From NCBI GenBank assembly GCA_038204695.1, contig JBBRCR010000002.1, forward strand, positions 1,300 through 65,299: a stretch of 64,000 nt of DNA. The letters run 5' to 3'. This DNA comes from Opitutales bacterium. GTDB taxonomy: Bacteria > Verrucomicrobiota > Verrucomicrobiia > Opitutales > Opitutaceae. The notes beneath the pieces were generated by a model, which was given only the letters and a program-made list of their open reading frames with translations, searched no databases and was not told the origin of the DNA. Positions 1 through 8,654 of the stretch are shown in pieces. Within the stretch, counting starts at the first letter, position 1, and every line of letters starts with the position of its first letter. The position numbers were made by a program, and so were the translations under genes.

Positions 1-475
1 GCAGCGGCCGGGCATCCGTGAGGATGAGCGTGCCCGACTGCATATAGATGGGTTCCCGCTGCGCGAACAGCGTGCGAATCCTCTCCTCCGGATCGTCCAC
101 CTCGAGGAGCGGGCGATTCCGGTGGCGCGCCGTCCGCGCCAGGATCGTGGCCAGCGAGGCATGCAGGCAGATGACGACGCCCTTCTCCTGCAATCGCGCG
201 AGCATGCCGGGTTGCACCACCAGGCCGCCGCCGCACGAAACCACCGTGCGTTCGGGCGGATGGCCGCGCTCGATGAACTCACGCTCGAAGGCGCGAAAGG
301 CGGGCTCACCCATCTGGGCAAAGATATCCGGAATGTCGCGCCCCTGCAGCCGTTCGATTTCATGGTCGCTGTCGAGGAGCTGAAACCCGATTTTTTGCGC
401 CACGGCGCGGCCCACCGTGGTCTTGCCGGTGCCCATGAAACCCACGAGGTAGAGATTGACGTCGGCAGCGTTCAT
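1..475 (-). CDS. aroK: Shikimate kinase (3' end runs off the window)
   Basis: Not in the ORF track. Manual translation from ATG at 475 gives MNAADVNLYLVGFMGTGKTTVGRAVAQKIGFQLLDSDHEIE...GEPAFRAFE...VVSCGGG...NRPLL, with the shikimate kinase P-loop and GGG motifs. Confidence 0.93.
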   Translation of the reverse strand, partial: MNAADVNLYLVGFMGTGKTTVGRAVAQKIGFQLLDSDHEIERLQGRDIPDIFAQMGEPAFRAFEREFIERGHPPERTVVSCGGGLVVQPGMLARLQEKGVVICLHASLATILARTARHRNRPLLEVDDPEERIRTLFAQREPIYMQSGTLILTDARPL

Positions 476-532
476 CGCGTGCGCTTTCACGAAACGCGGC
501 CGCGGGCGCGTTGCCAAACACCAAAACCAAAC

Positions 533-1591
533 ATGACGCCGCCTTGGCCGGACTACACTTTCGCCAGTGATAATGCGGCGGGAATTTGCCCCGAAGCGCT
601 CGCGGCCCTCGCCGCGGCGAACGCCGGTTGTGTGCCGGGCTATGGCGACGATGGGTTCACCGCCGAGGCGAAACGACGGATGGCGGACGTGTTTGAAACC
701 CGGTGCGAGGTGTTTTTCGTGTTCAACGGCACCGCGGCCAACGCGCTCGCGCTCGCGGCGATATGCCAGCGGCACCACGCGATCGCCTGCCACGCTCTTT
801 CGCACGTCGACACGGACGAGTGTTCCGCGCCGGAATTTTTCACCGGTGGCAGCAAGGTTTTACCGATCGCTGCGCCTCAGGCAAAACTTCGACCGGCCGA
901 CATCGCGCCGGTCTTGCAGCGTGGCCACGGCGTTCATTTCCCGAAGGTTCACGCGCTTTCGCTGACGCAGTCGACCGAGTTGGGCACGGTTTACTCGGCG
1001 GAGGAGTTGCGCGCACTGTGCGAGTTTGCGCACGCCCATGGGCTCATCGTGCATGTGGACGGCGCCCGTTTCGCGAACGCTGCCGCGATGGGGTCCCTCC
1101 GTGGAGTTTCGCCGGCGGACCTCACGTGGCGTGCCGGGGTGGATGTCCTGTGTTTCGGCGGCACCAAGAACGGGCTCCTCTCGACCGAGGCGCTCGTCTT
1201 TTTCAATCGTCAGCTCGCGCGCGAATTCGAATATCGAGTGAAGCAATCGGGGCAGCTGGCGTCCAAGATGCGATTCGCCAGTGCGCAATGGGCGTCGGTG
1301 TTGCGGGACGACGTCTGGCGGCGGCACGGCGCGCATGCCAACCGTCAGGCCGGTGTGCTCTCGGCGGGATTGCGTGACCTCGGTTTCAAGCTCGTCGCGC
1401 CGACCGAGGCGAATGGAGTTTTTGTCGAACTGCCGCCCGCGGTGTTTGCCGCGCTCGAGTCCCGCGGCTGGCATTTCTACCGGTTCGTCGGTGAGCACGG
1501 CTACCGGCTGATGTGTTCATGGGAAACGCGCGACGAGGAGGTGGCGCGGTTTTTGGCCGACGTTCGCACAAGCGTGGCTTCGGGCGGTTGA
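533..1591 (+). CDS. ltaE: Low-specificity L-threonine aldolase (PLP-dependent)
   Basis: FASDN, YGDD, VFNGTAAN, HVDGARFANA and FGGTKNG motifs; start moved to ATG 533 (MTPPWPDYTFASDN). Confidence 0.9.
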   Translation: MTPPWPDYTFASDNAAGICPEALAALAAANAGCVPGYGDDGFTAEAKRRMADVFETRCEVFFVFNGTAANALALAAICQRHHAIACHALSHVDTDECSAPEFFTGGSKVLPIAAPQAKLRPADIAPVLQRGHGVHFPKVHALSLTQSTELGTVYSAEELRALCEFAHAHGLIVHVDGARFANAAAMGSLRGVSPADLTWRAGVDVLCFGGTKNGLLSTEALVFFNRQLAREFEYRVKQSGQLASKMRFASAQWASVLRDDVWRRHGAHANRQAGVLSAGLRDLGFKLVAPTEANGVFVELPPAVFAALESRGWHFYRFVGEHGYRLMCSWETRDEEVARFLADVRTSVASGG

Positions 1592-1608
1592 CCTTTTTCA
1601 GCGGACAC

Positions 1609-1639
1609 AAAAAAAAGCCCGCGGGGTGACGCGGGCTTT
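1609..1639 (-). terminator. Intrinsic terminator between convergent ltaE and FKBP genes
   Basis: AAAGCCCGC-N8-GCGGGCTTT hairpin with an 8-A run (U-tract on the minus strand). Confidence 0.8.
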
Positions 1640-1660
1640 GAGGGTTTGAATGAAGAACGC

Positions 1661-2437
1661 TTACTTCTTTGCGGCGGGAGCGGGGGCGGCCGCGCCGGCC
1701 GTCTTGATGTCGAGCAACTCGACGTCGAAGATCAGCGTCGAACCAGGCGGAATTCCCGGCCGGCCATCGTCGCCGTACGCAAGCTGCGACGGCACATAGA
1801 GCTTAATCTTGCCGCCCTTGTTCACCTTCTGGATTCCCTCGGTCCACCCTGGAATCACTTCCTTGAGGGCAAACTCGGCGGGCTCGCCCCGTTGCACCGA
1901 GCTGTCGAAGACTGAGCCGTCCAACAACGTTCCGGTGTAATGCACGCGCACAGTCTGGTCCTCCTTCGGGAACGGTCCCGAACCTGGCTGAACGATTTCG
2001 TAACGCAGACCGCTGGGGAGTTCGACGACGTTTTTGTTCTCCTTCAGTTTGGTGAAGAATGCGACGGTCGCAGAGGAGTTCTGGGTCTTCAGCTTGCTCA
2101 TGTAAGCGGACTGCTTCTTCTGCATGAACTCGTCCATCGTCGGCCCGATCTTCTCCAGGTCAAACGGCGACTCCTTGCCCGCCGCCGCGCTGCCGATGCC
2201 TTTCAGTACCGAGTCGATTTCCGCTTTGCTCAGCTCGAGTTCGGCGAGTTGGGCGCGCTTGCCGATGTACCAGCCCAGCTCCTCCAACAGTTGTGCCTCG
2301 GTGAAGGTCGTTGCCCTGGCGTCAGCGGCCGCCGGTTGCGCCGGAGTGCCGGGAGGGTTCGCTTTGCCGTCTTGGGCGCGCGCTGCGGTGAGGCCAAGCG
2401 CGAGCAGGCAAATGGTGAGGGAATGCTTCAGTTTCAT
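1661..2437 (-). CDS. FKBP-type peptidyl-prolyl cis-trans isomerase (FkpA/Mip-like, signal peptide)
   Basis: LPSGLRYEI, VRVHYTGTLLDGSVFDSS, VIPGWTEG and IPPGSTLIFDVELL; signal-like N-terminus MKLKHSLTICLLALGL. Confidence 0.92.
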   Translation of the reverse strand: MKLKHSLTICLLALGLTAARAQDGKANPPGTPAQPAAADARATTFTEAQLLEELGWYIGKRAQLAELELSKAEIDSVLKGIGSAAAGKESPFDLEKIGPTMDEFMQKKQSAYMSKLKTQNSSATVAFFTKLKENKNVVELPSGLRYEIVQPGSGPFPKEDQTVRVHYTGTLLDGSVFDSSVQRGEPAEFALKEVIPGWTEGIQKVNKGGKIKLYVPSQLAYGDDGRPGIPPGSTLIFDVELLDIKTAGAAAPAPAAKK

Positions 2438-2633
2438 CTTTAATTTGGGTCTGGGTGCAGTAACCGCGGACGCTAGTTTGTGCCGTAAAAGTTCCACCAC
2501 TGCCAGCCGGCTACCTTGAATGCAAGCCTGCGCCGTGCGGTGCCGCACCTCGTAGGGAACGTGTTACCGGCCCGCGGTCGCGCGTGATAGGTTGCCTGCT
2601 GCTGCTCGCTTCCAAGGTGCCCACGCCCGTGCC

Positions 2634-2667
2634 GGCTCACATTCACTTTCACCTTCACTCTCACTCC
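2634..2667. repeat. Degenerate hexamer tandem repeat ([C/T]TCACN-like)
   Basis: ggctcac attcac tttcac cttcac tctcac tcc directly upstream of the 634-aa gene. Confidence 0.6.
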
Positions 2668-2693
2668 GCCTTCGTCCATGACGGCCCCCTTCG

Positions 2694-4598
2694 ATGAACG
2701 CCGACCAATTTTGGACCAGCCAGGACGGCCAGATCCTCACCGTCAAAAACAAGGACGAGCGCACGGTCACCCTCACCCTGGCGTTCTGGCCGCGGCATCC
2801 GGCTGAATTCGATTTTCTTAAGAGCCATCTTCCTCTGCTCCAATTCAGCGAACGCAGTGCGCTCGCCCGTATCGGCATCGAGATGACGCTTCAGGGGCCG
2901 GCCCGGATCGATGGCAACCGGGTGGAACTCGAGGCGGATGCGTTCATCTACGACTCGAGCTTTCCCAATGCCACCTACTGGAAGAAGCTCATGCGCGTGG
3001 GTGCGCCCGTCGGCCGGCTGTTTTGCGCGCCGGTGGCGGCGAAACTTTCCACGGCCGAGATCTGGGATGCGCTGCGCGAGAACCGGATCAAGCTGCCGAA
3101 TACAATCAGCATCGACAGTCTCGGTCGCGTGTTCCTGACCCCGCACCAGCTCAGCTACACGCTCAGTTCGAAGCTGGTCCGCGCGGATTTCGAGCGGGTG
3201 GTCAGCGGGGCCGCGGGGCGCAATTTCCTCGATCGGGTCCAGGTGAGACACGAGCTGGCGCCGCTCACCATCCCACCGCGCTCCGGCATCCTCACCAGCT
3301 GTTCGATGTATTTGAAGGAACACTTCGTGGTGCTGAATCAAGGCGCGGGCAATTTCGGCATTCACACGAGCGCGGTGCTGCTGGATCCAATCAAGACTTT
3401 CGGCACGAACATCATGCTGGAGATCTACAACACCGGCGATCAACCGGTCGTGAATCCGGTGGTGTCGGTCGAGGTATTCCGGGCGCCCGAGGCCAACGAT
3501 CCCGAATTCAAGTCGCTCGCCAAACGTCGCACGCGGCTGCTCGCCACGGCGACGGAACTCTACAAATGCCTCGACGAGAATCCGCGCCGGGAAAACAGCG
3601 AAGCGCGGCCCCGCACCAAGATCACCGTCAAGGGCCAGAGCGGCGCGATGGAGAATCACGCGTTGTTCGTTCGCGCCACGGACGATGTCCGCAAGATCCT
3701 GGGTGATGGCGGCCCCTGTGGCCATCGCACCATCATCCAGGCGCTCGACGCCGCGCCCGAGCACGCGGACACGCTGGTGCTCGATTATTTCCCGGCGCTG
3801 CTCGAGCAGATCGAGCTGATCACGCGCATGGGCGATCTGAAGCTGCGGCGCATCATCTTCCGCAAGGCGTCGCGCACCCACGGCTATTTTCTCTCGGCGA
3901 ACGCCCATGGCCGGCTCGATACCTTCAATGCGATTGGGCTGCAGGTTTACTGGTACGACCAATTGACGAAGGACGTGTACCTGCACACGTACAAGAAGGA
4001 GCACGGCTTTTTCGTCCGCGAGGAGATCGCGCGGAAATTTCAGGAGGCGACGATCCTCGCCTTCTACGGTTCGGCCATCGGGCTCGATAAGGAAGATACC
4101 GATCGGATCTCATCGCTGGTCGACAAGCTGACCACGTTCATCGGCACCAACCTCGGCGTGCTCACCGGCGGCGGCGGCGGGGTGATGCGGCTCGCCACCG
4201 ACCAGGCCCGGAGCAAGGGGGCGCTGACCGGCGCCTGTTTTCTCGAGCTGGAAGCGCAGCCGCCGGAGCTCGGTGTCGACTTTTTCAATACGTTCCAGGA
4301 GTCCTCGCGGCACTTCCGCCAAAAATGGTTCGAGGCGGCGGATTTTTGCATCTTCAACGTTGGCGGTGTCGGCACGCTCGAGGAGGTGGGGATCGAGATG
4401 TGCAATCTGAAGCTCGGGATCCGCCCGCGCGTGCCGTACGTGTTCTTCAACGCCAAATTCTGGGGTGACCTTCGCCGGCAGCTGCGGACCATGATCACCA
4501 CGAAACGGGCGCCAGCCTGGATGGCCGACTACATTCTCTTCACCGACGATCCGGACGAAGTCGTGGCCTTCTATCGGAAGAAGCTGCAAGTGCTCTGA
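2694..4598 (+). CDS. Multidomain protein: central dUTPase/dCTP-deaminase-like region plus C-terminal LOG/SLOG (Rossmann) domain
   Basis: C-terminal FYGSA, TGGGGGVM, FRQKWF and NVGGVGTLEE match LOG-family motifs; the central ...TSAVLLDPIKTFGTNIMLEIYNTGDQPV resembles the dCTP-deaminase IDPGFxGxITLEIxN segment. Confidence 0.65.
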   Translation: MNADQFWTSQDGQILTVKNKDERTVTLTLAFWPRHPAEFDFLKSHLPLLQFSERSALARIGIEMTLQGPARIDGNRVELEADAFIYDSSFPNATYWKKLMRVGAPVGRLFCAPVAAKLSTAEIWDALRENRIKLPNTISIDSLGRVFLTPHQLSYTLSSKLVRADFERVVSGAAGRNFLDRVQVRHELAPLTIPPRSGILTSCSMYLKEHFVVLNQGAGNFGIHTSAVLLDPIKTFGTNIMLEIYNTGDQPVVNPVVSVEVFRAPEANDPEFKSLAKRRTRLLATATELYKCLDENPRRENSEARPRTKITVKGQSGAMENHALFVRATDDVRKILGDGGPCGHRTIIQALDAAPEHADTLVLDYFPALLEQIELITRMGDLKLRRIIFRKASRTHGYFLSANAHGRLDTFNAIGLQVYWYDQLTKDVYLHTYKKEHGFFVREEIARKFQEATILAFYGSAIGLDKEDTDRISSLVDKLTTFIGTNLGVLTGGGGGVMRLATDQARSKGALTGACFLELEAQPPELGVDFFNTFQESSRHFRQKWFEAADFCIFNVGGVGTLEEVGIEMCNLKLGIRPRVPYVFFNAKFWGDLRRQLRTMITTKRAPAWMADYILFTDDPDEVVAFYRKKLQVL

Positions 4599-4670
4599 AG
4601 ATGCCGCTTTGGCGGACGGATCGGCTGCCGCCATCCACCATAACGCCTTGCCAGCCGCCCGCGGGTCTGT

Positions 4671-5999
4671 GTGTTTCCCGACGTGGTCAACACCGCACTA
4701 CCTCGTTCCATTCTTGTCGTGGGCTCCGGCGGCCGTGAGCACGCCCTGGTTCGGGCGCTGCTGGCGTCGTCCGCTTTTGACCAGGTGGCGGGGCGGCCGA
4801 AACCGCGCGTCCTCTGTGCACCCGGCAACGCCGGGATTGCCGGGGACTGCACCTGCGTGGCCGTCGCGGCCGTTGACATCACCGGGCTCGTGGCCCTGGC
4901 GCAGCGGGAGGAGATCGAGTTCGTGATTGTTGGCCCGGAGGTGCCGCTGGCCCTCGGCCTGGCGGATCGGCTGCTCGCGGCTGGAGTTCCCGTGTACGGC
5001 CCCAAGGCGGATGGCGCGCGGCTCGAGGCGTCGAAGATTTTCACCAAGCAGCTGTTGTTGAAGTATGGCATTCCGACGCCGGCCGCGGGCGTGTTCAGCG
5101 ATACGGCTGGCGCGCTGGCCTACCTGCGCACGCGCGCCGTGCCGATTGTGATCAAGGCGGATGGGCTCGCCGCCGGCAAAGGGGTGATCGTGGCGCAAAC
5201 GCGCGCCGAAGCAGAAACCGCGATTCGCGAGATGCTGGAGGCCGGAAGATTCGGTGCGAGCGGCCGGCAGATTCTGGTCGAGGACTGTCTGCACGGGGAG
5301 GAAACCTCGATTCTCGTGGTCGTATCGGGCCGCGATTACGTCATCCTGCCGACCTCGCAGGACCACAAGCGGGCGGGGGACGGCGATACCGGGCCGAACA
5401 CGGGAGGAATGGGCACCTACTCGCCGGCGGATGTCGTCACGCCGAGCCTGCTGGAGCAGATCGAGCGCGAAATCGTCGCGCCATCGGTGGCGGCGATCGC
5501 GGCGGAGCAGATTGATTTTCGCGGGACCCTGTTCATTGGGATTATGCTGACGTCGGAAGGGCCGCAGGTGCTCGAGTTCAACACCCGTTTCGGTGATCCG
5601 GAAACGCAGGTCGTCCTTCCACGTCTGGCGACGGATCTGCTCACGCTGTTATGGTCCGCGGCGACGGGCCGACTCCGTGGCATGAGTCTCGGGATCAAAC
5701 CGGATCACGCGATTTGTGTGGTGATCGCAGCGCAGGGATATCCGGAGGCTTATGCGAAAGGAGACGTGATTCACATTCCAGCCGCGCTCCCTCCCGGTGT
5801 ATCGGTCCTGCATGCCGGCACCGCCAGGAACGCCGCCGGCGAAATCGTGACTAGTGGCGGCCGCGTATTGGGCGTCACGGCGTTTGCGCCGACTCTCCAG
5901 CAGGCGGCGGCGAACGCCTATGCGGCCTGCGATGCGATTCAATGCCCGTCGAAATATTTCCGCCGTGACATCGGCGCCCGGCAGTTGAACCGCGCTTGA
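4671..5999 (+). CDS. purD: Phosphoribosylamine--glycine ligase
   Basis: VVGSGGREHAL, APGNAG, IKADGLAAGKGV, QDHKR, GPNTGGMG, EFNTRFGDPETQ and GGRVL; exact start uncertain. Confidence 0.96.
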   Translation: MFPDVVNTALPRSILVVGSGGREHALVRALLASSAFDQVAGRPKPRVLCAPGNAGIAGDCTCVAVAAVDITGLVALAQREEIEFVIVGPEVPLALGLADRLLAAGVPVYGPKADGARLEASKIFTKQLLLKYGIPTPAAGVFSDTAGALAYLRTRAVPIVIKADGLAAGKGVIVAQTRAEAETAIREMLEAGRFGASGRQILVEDCLHGEETSILVVVSGRDYVILPTSQDHKRAGDGDTGPNTGGMGTYSPADVVTPSLLEQIEREIVAPSVAAIAAEQIDFRGTLFIGIMLTSEGPQVLEFNTRFGDPETQVVLPRLATDLLTLLWSAATGRLRGMSLGIKPDHAICVVIAAQGYPEAYAKGDVIHIPAALPPGVSVLHAGTARNAAGEIVTSGGRVLGVTAFAPTLQQAAANAYAACDAIQCPSKYFRRDIGARQLNRA

Positions 6000-6002
6000 A
6001 CC

Positions 6003-6647
6003 ATGCGGCCCGCGGCTGTTCCCATGCGCTTTTTGTTTCTATTCCTCATTGGACTGGGGTCGATTGGCGGCGCCGTTCCGTTGCAGCATGAACTCGGGCA
6101 GCGGTTGCTCTACCACCGGGTGACTGAACTGCCCGGAGACCTGCCTGCGGCGGAGCGGGCGCGCAAGCAGCCGCTGGTGCTCGATCTGCGGTTCGTGAAC
6201 GGCGACGAAAAAACGGCCATCGCGACGCAGGGCTGGCTGAAGTTTTACGCCAGCCCGCGCAGCCCCGTATTTGTCCTCGCGAATATCGGCACCGGCGCGG
6301 CGTTGCGAGCCGCTCTGGCGGCGCTTCGCCGTACACCCGGCCTCATGGTCGTGGGCCGCCCCGGCCGAAATTTCGAGCCCGACGTGCGGGTACAGACCTC
6401 TCCGGAGGAGGAGCGGCGGGCGTATGATGCGCTCACGGCCGGCACTCCGATCGCACTGCTATTGACTGAAAACCCCGACAAAGTGCGCAACGACGAGGCC
6501 AGCCTGTCGCGGGACCGTCTGGCCGACGCGTCGGCGGACGCCACGGCAGAGGAAATCAGCGGCAGGACGCCCCGGCCTCCGGTCGACGCGGTCCTCCAGC
6601 GGGCCGTCCATCTGCATCGGGCGCTGGTCGCCCTGAGGAAACTCTGA
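6003..6647 (+). CDS. Secreted hypothetical protein resembling a degenerate S41 (Prc/CtpA) peptidase domain
   Basis: Signal-like N-terminus; LVLDLRF, PVFVLANIGT, VVG, FEPDVRV and DAVLQRAV occur in S41 motif order. Confidence 0.55.
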   Translation: MRPAAVPMRFLFLFLIGLGSIGGAVPLQHELGQRLLYHRVTELPGDLPAAERARKQPLVLDLRFVNGDEKTAIATQGWLKFYASPRSPVFVLANIGTGAALRAALAALRRTPGLMVVGRPGRNFEPDVRVQTSPEEERRAYDALTAGTPIALLLTENPDKVRNDEASLSRDRLADASADATAEEISGRTPRPPVDAVLQRAVHLHRALVALRKL

Positions 6648-6659
6648 GCCGGACATTGC

Positions 6660-7703
6660 TCAGGCGAATTGTTTAAGGAAGCGGAGATCGTTCTGATAAA
6701 AATACCGGATGTCATCGATGCCGTAGAGCAGCATCGCAAGTCGCTCGAGGCCCATGCCGAACGCGTAGCCGGTCCAGACATCGGGATCATATCCCACAGC
6801 CTCGAACACCGTCGGATCGACCATCCCGCAGCCGCCGATCTCGATCCATTCCTTCCTCACCTTCGGCAGATGACTCGCCCTCAGGTCCACTTCGAAGCTG
6901 GGCTCCGTGTAACCGAAATAGTGCGGCCGGAAACGCGTCTTCGTGTCGGCGCCCAGCAGTGACGCAAAGATGAAATCAAGCAGCGCCTTCAGGTCGCGCA
7001 CCGTGACATTCTTGTCCACGTAGAGGCACTCGAGCTGGTGGAAATTCGCACTGTGCGTCGCATCGGTGGTGTCGCGACGGTACACCCGGCCCGGCGAAAC
7101 GATCCGAATCGGCGGCGGCCCCTTGAGCATCGTGCGGATTTGCACCGACGAGGTATGCGTCCGGAGCAGGTATTTTTCCTCCGCGGTCTTCTTCGAGACA
7201 TTGCCGAAGCGCACCGACTCGGGAAAATAAAACGTGTCCTTTTCGTCGCGCGCGGGGTGATCGGAAGGCGTGTTGAGCGCGTCGAAGCAGTAGAACTCCG
7301 TCTCGACCTCCGGGCCATCGGCCACCGTGAATCCGACCTTGCGCAGGATGCGGCACATCTCCTCGCGGACGAGCGTGAGCGGATGATACGTGCCCGGACC
7401 GACATCGGGCGAAGGCAGCGTCGGGTCGACCGCAGGCCCGAGTTGGGCGGCGAGTTCGGCGTCTCCTATCCGCGCGAGCGCGGCGTCGAGCTGGGCCTGG
7501 AGCTGCGCCTTGGTTTCGTTGATCAGCTTGCCGACGGCCGGACGCTGGTCCTTGGGCACCGTGCCCATCTGCTTCATCAGCGCGGTGAGTTCGCCATTGG
7601 GGCCGACGTAGCGGGCTTTCGCGGCCTCGAATTCAGGGCGCGTCTTCAGCGCCGGCAGTTCGACGGACGCTTTGGCCAGGACAGCGGAGAGTTGGTCTTG
7701 CAT
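6660..7703 (-). CDS. pheS: Phenylalanine--tRNA ligase alpha subunit
   Basis: HPAR, LLRTHTSSVQIR, PGRVYRRD, HSANFHQLE, TEPSFEVD and AFGMGLERLAM; start set at MQDQL. Confidence 0.97.
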   Translation of the reverse strand: MQDQLSAVLAKASVELPALKTRPEFEAAKARYVGPNGELTALMKQMGTVPKDQRPAVGKLINETKAQLQAQLDAALARIGDAELAAQLGPAVDPTLPSPDVGPGTYHPLTLVREEMCRILRKVGFTVADGPEVETEFYCFDALNTPSDHPARDEKDTFYFPESVRFGNVSKKTAEEKYLLRTHTSSVQIRTMLKGPPPIRIVSPGRVYRRDTTDATHSANFHQLECLYVDKNVTVRDLKALLDFIFASLLGADTKTRFRPHYFGYTEPSFEVDLRASHLPKVRKEWIEIGGCGMVDPTVFEAVGYDPDVWTGYAFGMGLERLAMLLYGIDDIRYFYQNDLRFLKQFA

Positions 7704-7807
7704 GGAATTCTCTGTCTCGTGCTTGGAATTTTGGATCAGGCTCGGGATCGGTTCGCGGGCACTCGAGCCCGCGTAAGAGCAAGAGCACGTCCAGGCATCG
7801 TTGCGGT

Positions 7808-7848
7808 AAAAAAAGAAGGACGGCACCTCGGTCGAGGCCCGTCCTTCC
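7808..7848 (-). terminator. Intrinsic terminator after rplT
   Basis: Minus strand reads GAAGGACGGGCCTCGACCGAGGTGCCGTCCTTC followed by a T-run. Confidence 0.7.
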
Positions 7849-7900
7849 TGAAAAGGGAAACAGGGAGGCGAGCCCGCCCGGGGCTCGCGTTGAAATCGAC

Positions 7901-8284
7901 TCAGGCCTTTTTCGCCGCGGCGGCTTTGGTCTTCAACGCGTCCTGGGCTTGTTTGACCAGGCCGTTGAACGCCACTTCGTCGCGAATCGCGAGATCGCTC
8001 AGCACCTTGCGGTCGAGCTGGATATTCGCGGCATGCAGGCCTTCGATGAAACGGCTGTAGCTCATGCCGGCGGCACGGCAGGCCGCGTTGAGCCGCACGA
8101 TCCAGAGGGCGCGGCGGTCGCCCTTTTTCTTGCGGCGGGCCGCATAGGCGTACTGCCAGGCATGCTGGACGGCTTCTTTCGCGTAGCGGAAGAGCTTGGA
8201 TTTGTTACCGAAATAGCCGCGGGCGTATTTCAGTACTTTCTTGCGACGCTTGCGCGAAGCGGGGGAGTTGGTTGCACGAGCCAT
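7901..8284 (-). CDS. rplT: 50S ribosomal protein L20
   Basis: MARATNSPASRKRRKKVLKYARGYFG...LWIVRLNAACR...LDRKVLSDLA. Confidence 0.97.
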   Translation of the reverse strand: MARATNSPASRKRRKKVLKYARGYFGNKSKLFRYAKEAVQHAWQYAYAARRKKKGDRRALWIVRLNAACRAAGMSYSRFIEGLHAANIQLDRKVLSDLAIRDEVAFNGLVKQAQDALKTKAAAAKKA

Positions 8285-8375
8285 GTTTTTTTCCTTTTAG
8301 GTTGATCGCGGTGGGTCGGCTTTGGATTTCACCCGCCGGCGAAGTTATGGTGATGCGCGTTGATCCGCTAACGAA

Positions 8376-8570
8376 TTAGAGACCGAACGGCAGACAACGC
8401 TTGAGCGGCTTCGCATGGCCTTCGGCCACGAGCTTGTCGCGGGAAGCACGTCGTTTGGACTTCGTGCTCTTGGCGCCAAGCAGGTGACGGAAGCCCGGCG
8501 TGCGGCGAACGAGCTTGCCTGTGGCGGTTAATTTGAACCGCTTGGCGACGGACTTCTTGGTCTTTTGCAT
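8376..8570 (-). CDS. rpmI: 50S ribosomal protein L35
   Basis: MQKTKKSVAKRFKLTATGK...HLL; lies directly upstream of rplT. Confidence 0.96.
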   Translation of the reverse strand: MQKTKKSVAKRFKLTATGKLVRRTPGFRHLLGAKSTKSKRRASRDKLVAEGHAKPLKRCLPFGL

Positions 8571-8654
8571 GGAGAGCGGTCGAAAACAGAGAGCGGGCGG
8601 AACCTTGGCAAGGGCAAACTTGAGTCGCGCGAAACTTCACTCGCGCCCGAAGCT

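Noticed and set aside
2661-4004. 447-aa minus-strand ORF, and similar long ORFs at 19265-20593, 24531-25796 and 61955-63307
   Set aside because: They overlap well-supported genes on the opposite strand; GC-rich shadow frames.
6660-8570. rpmI-rplT-pheS without adjacent infC or pheT
   Set aside because: Ordinary operon rearrangement; no attenuator leader peptide evident.
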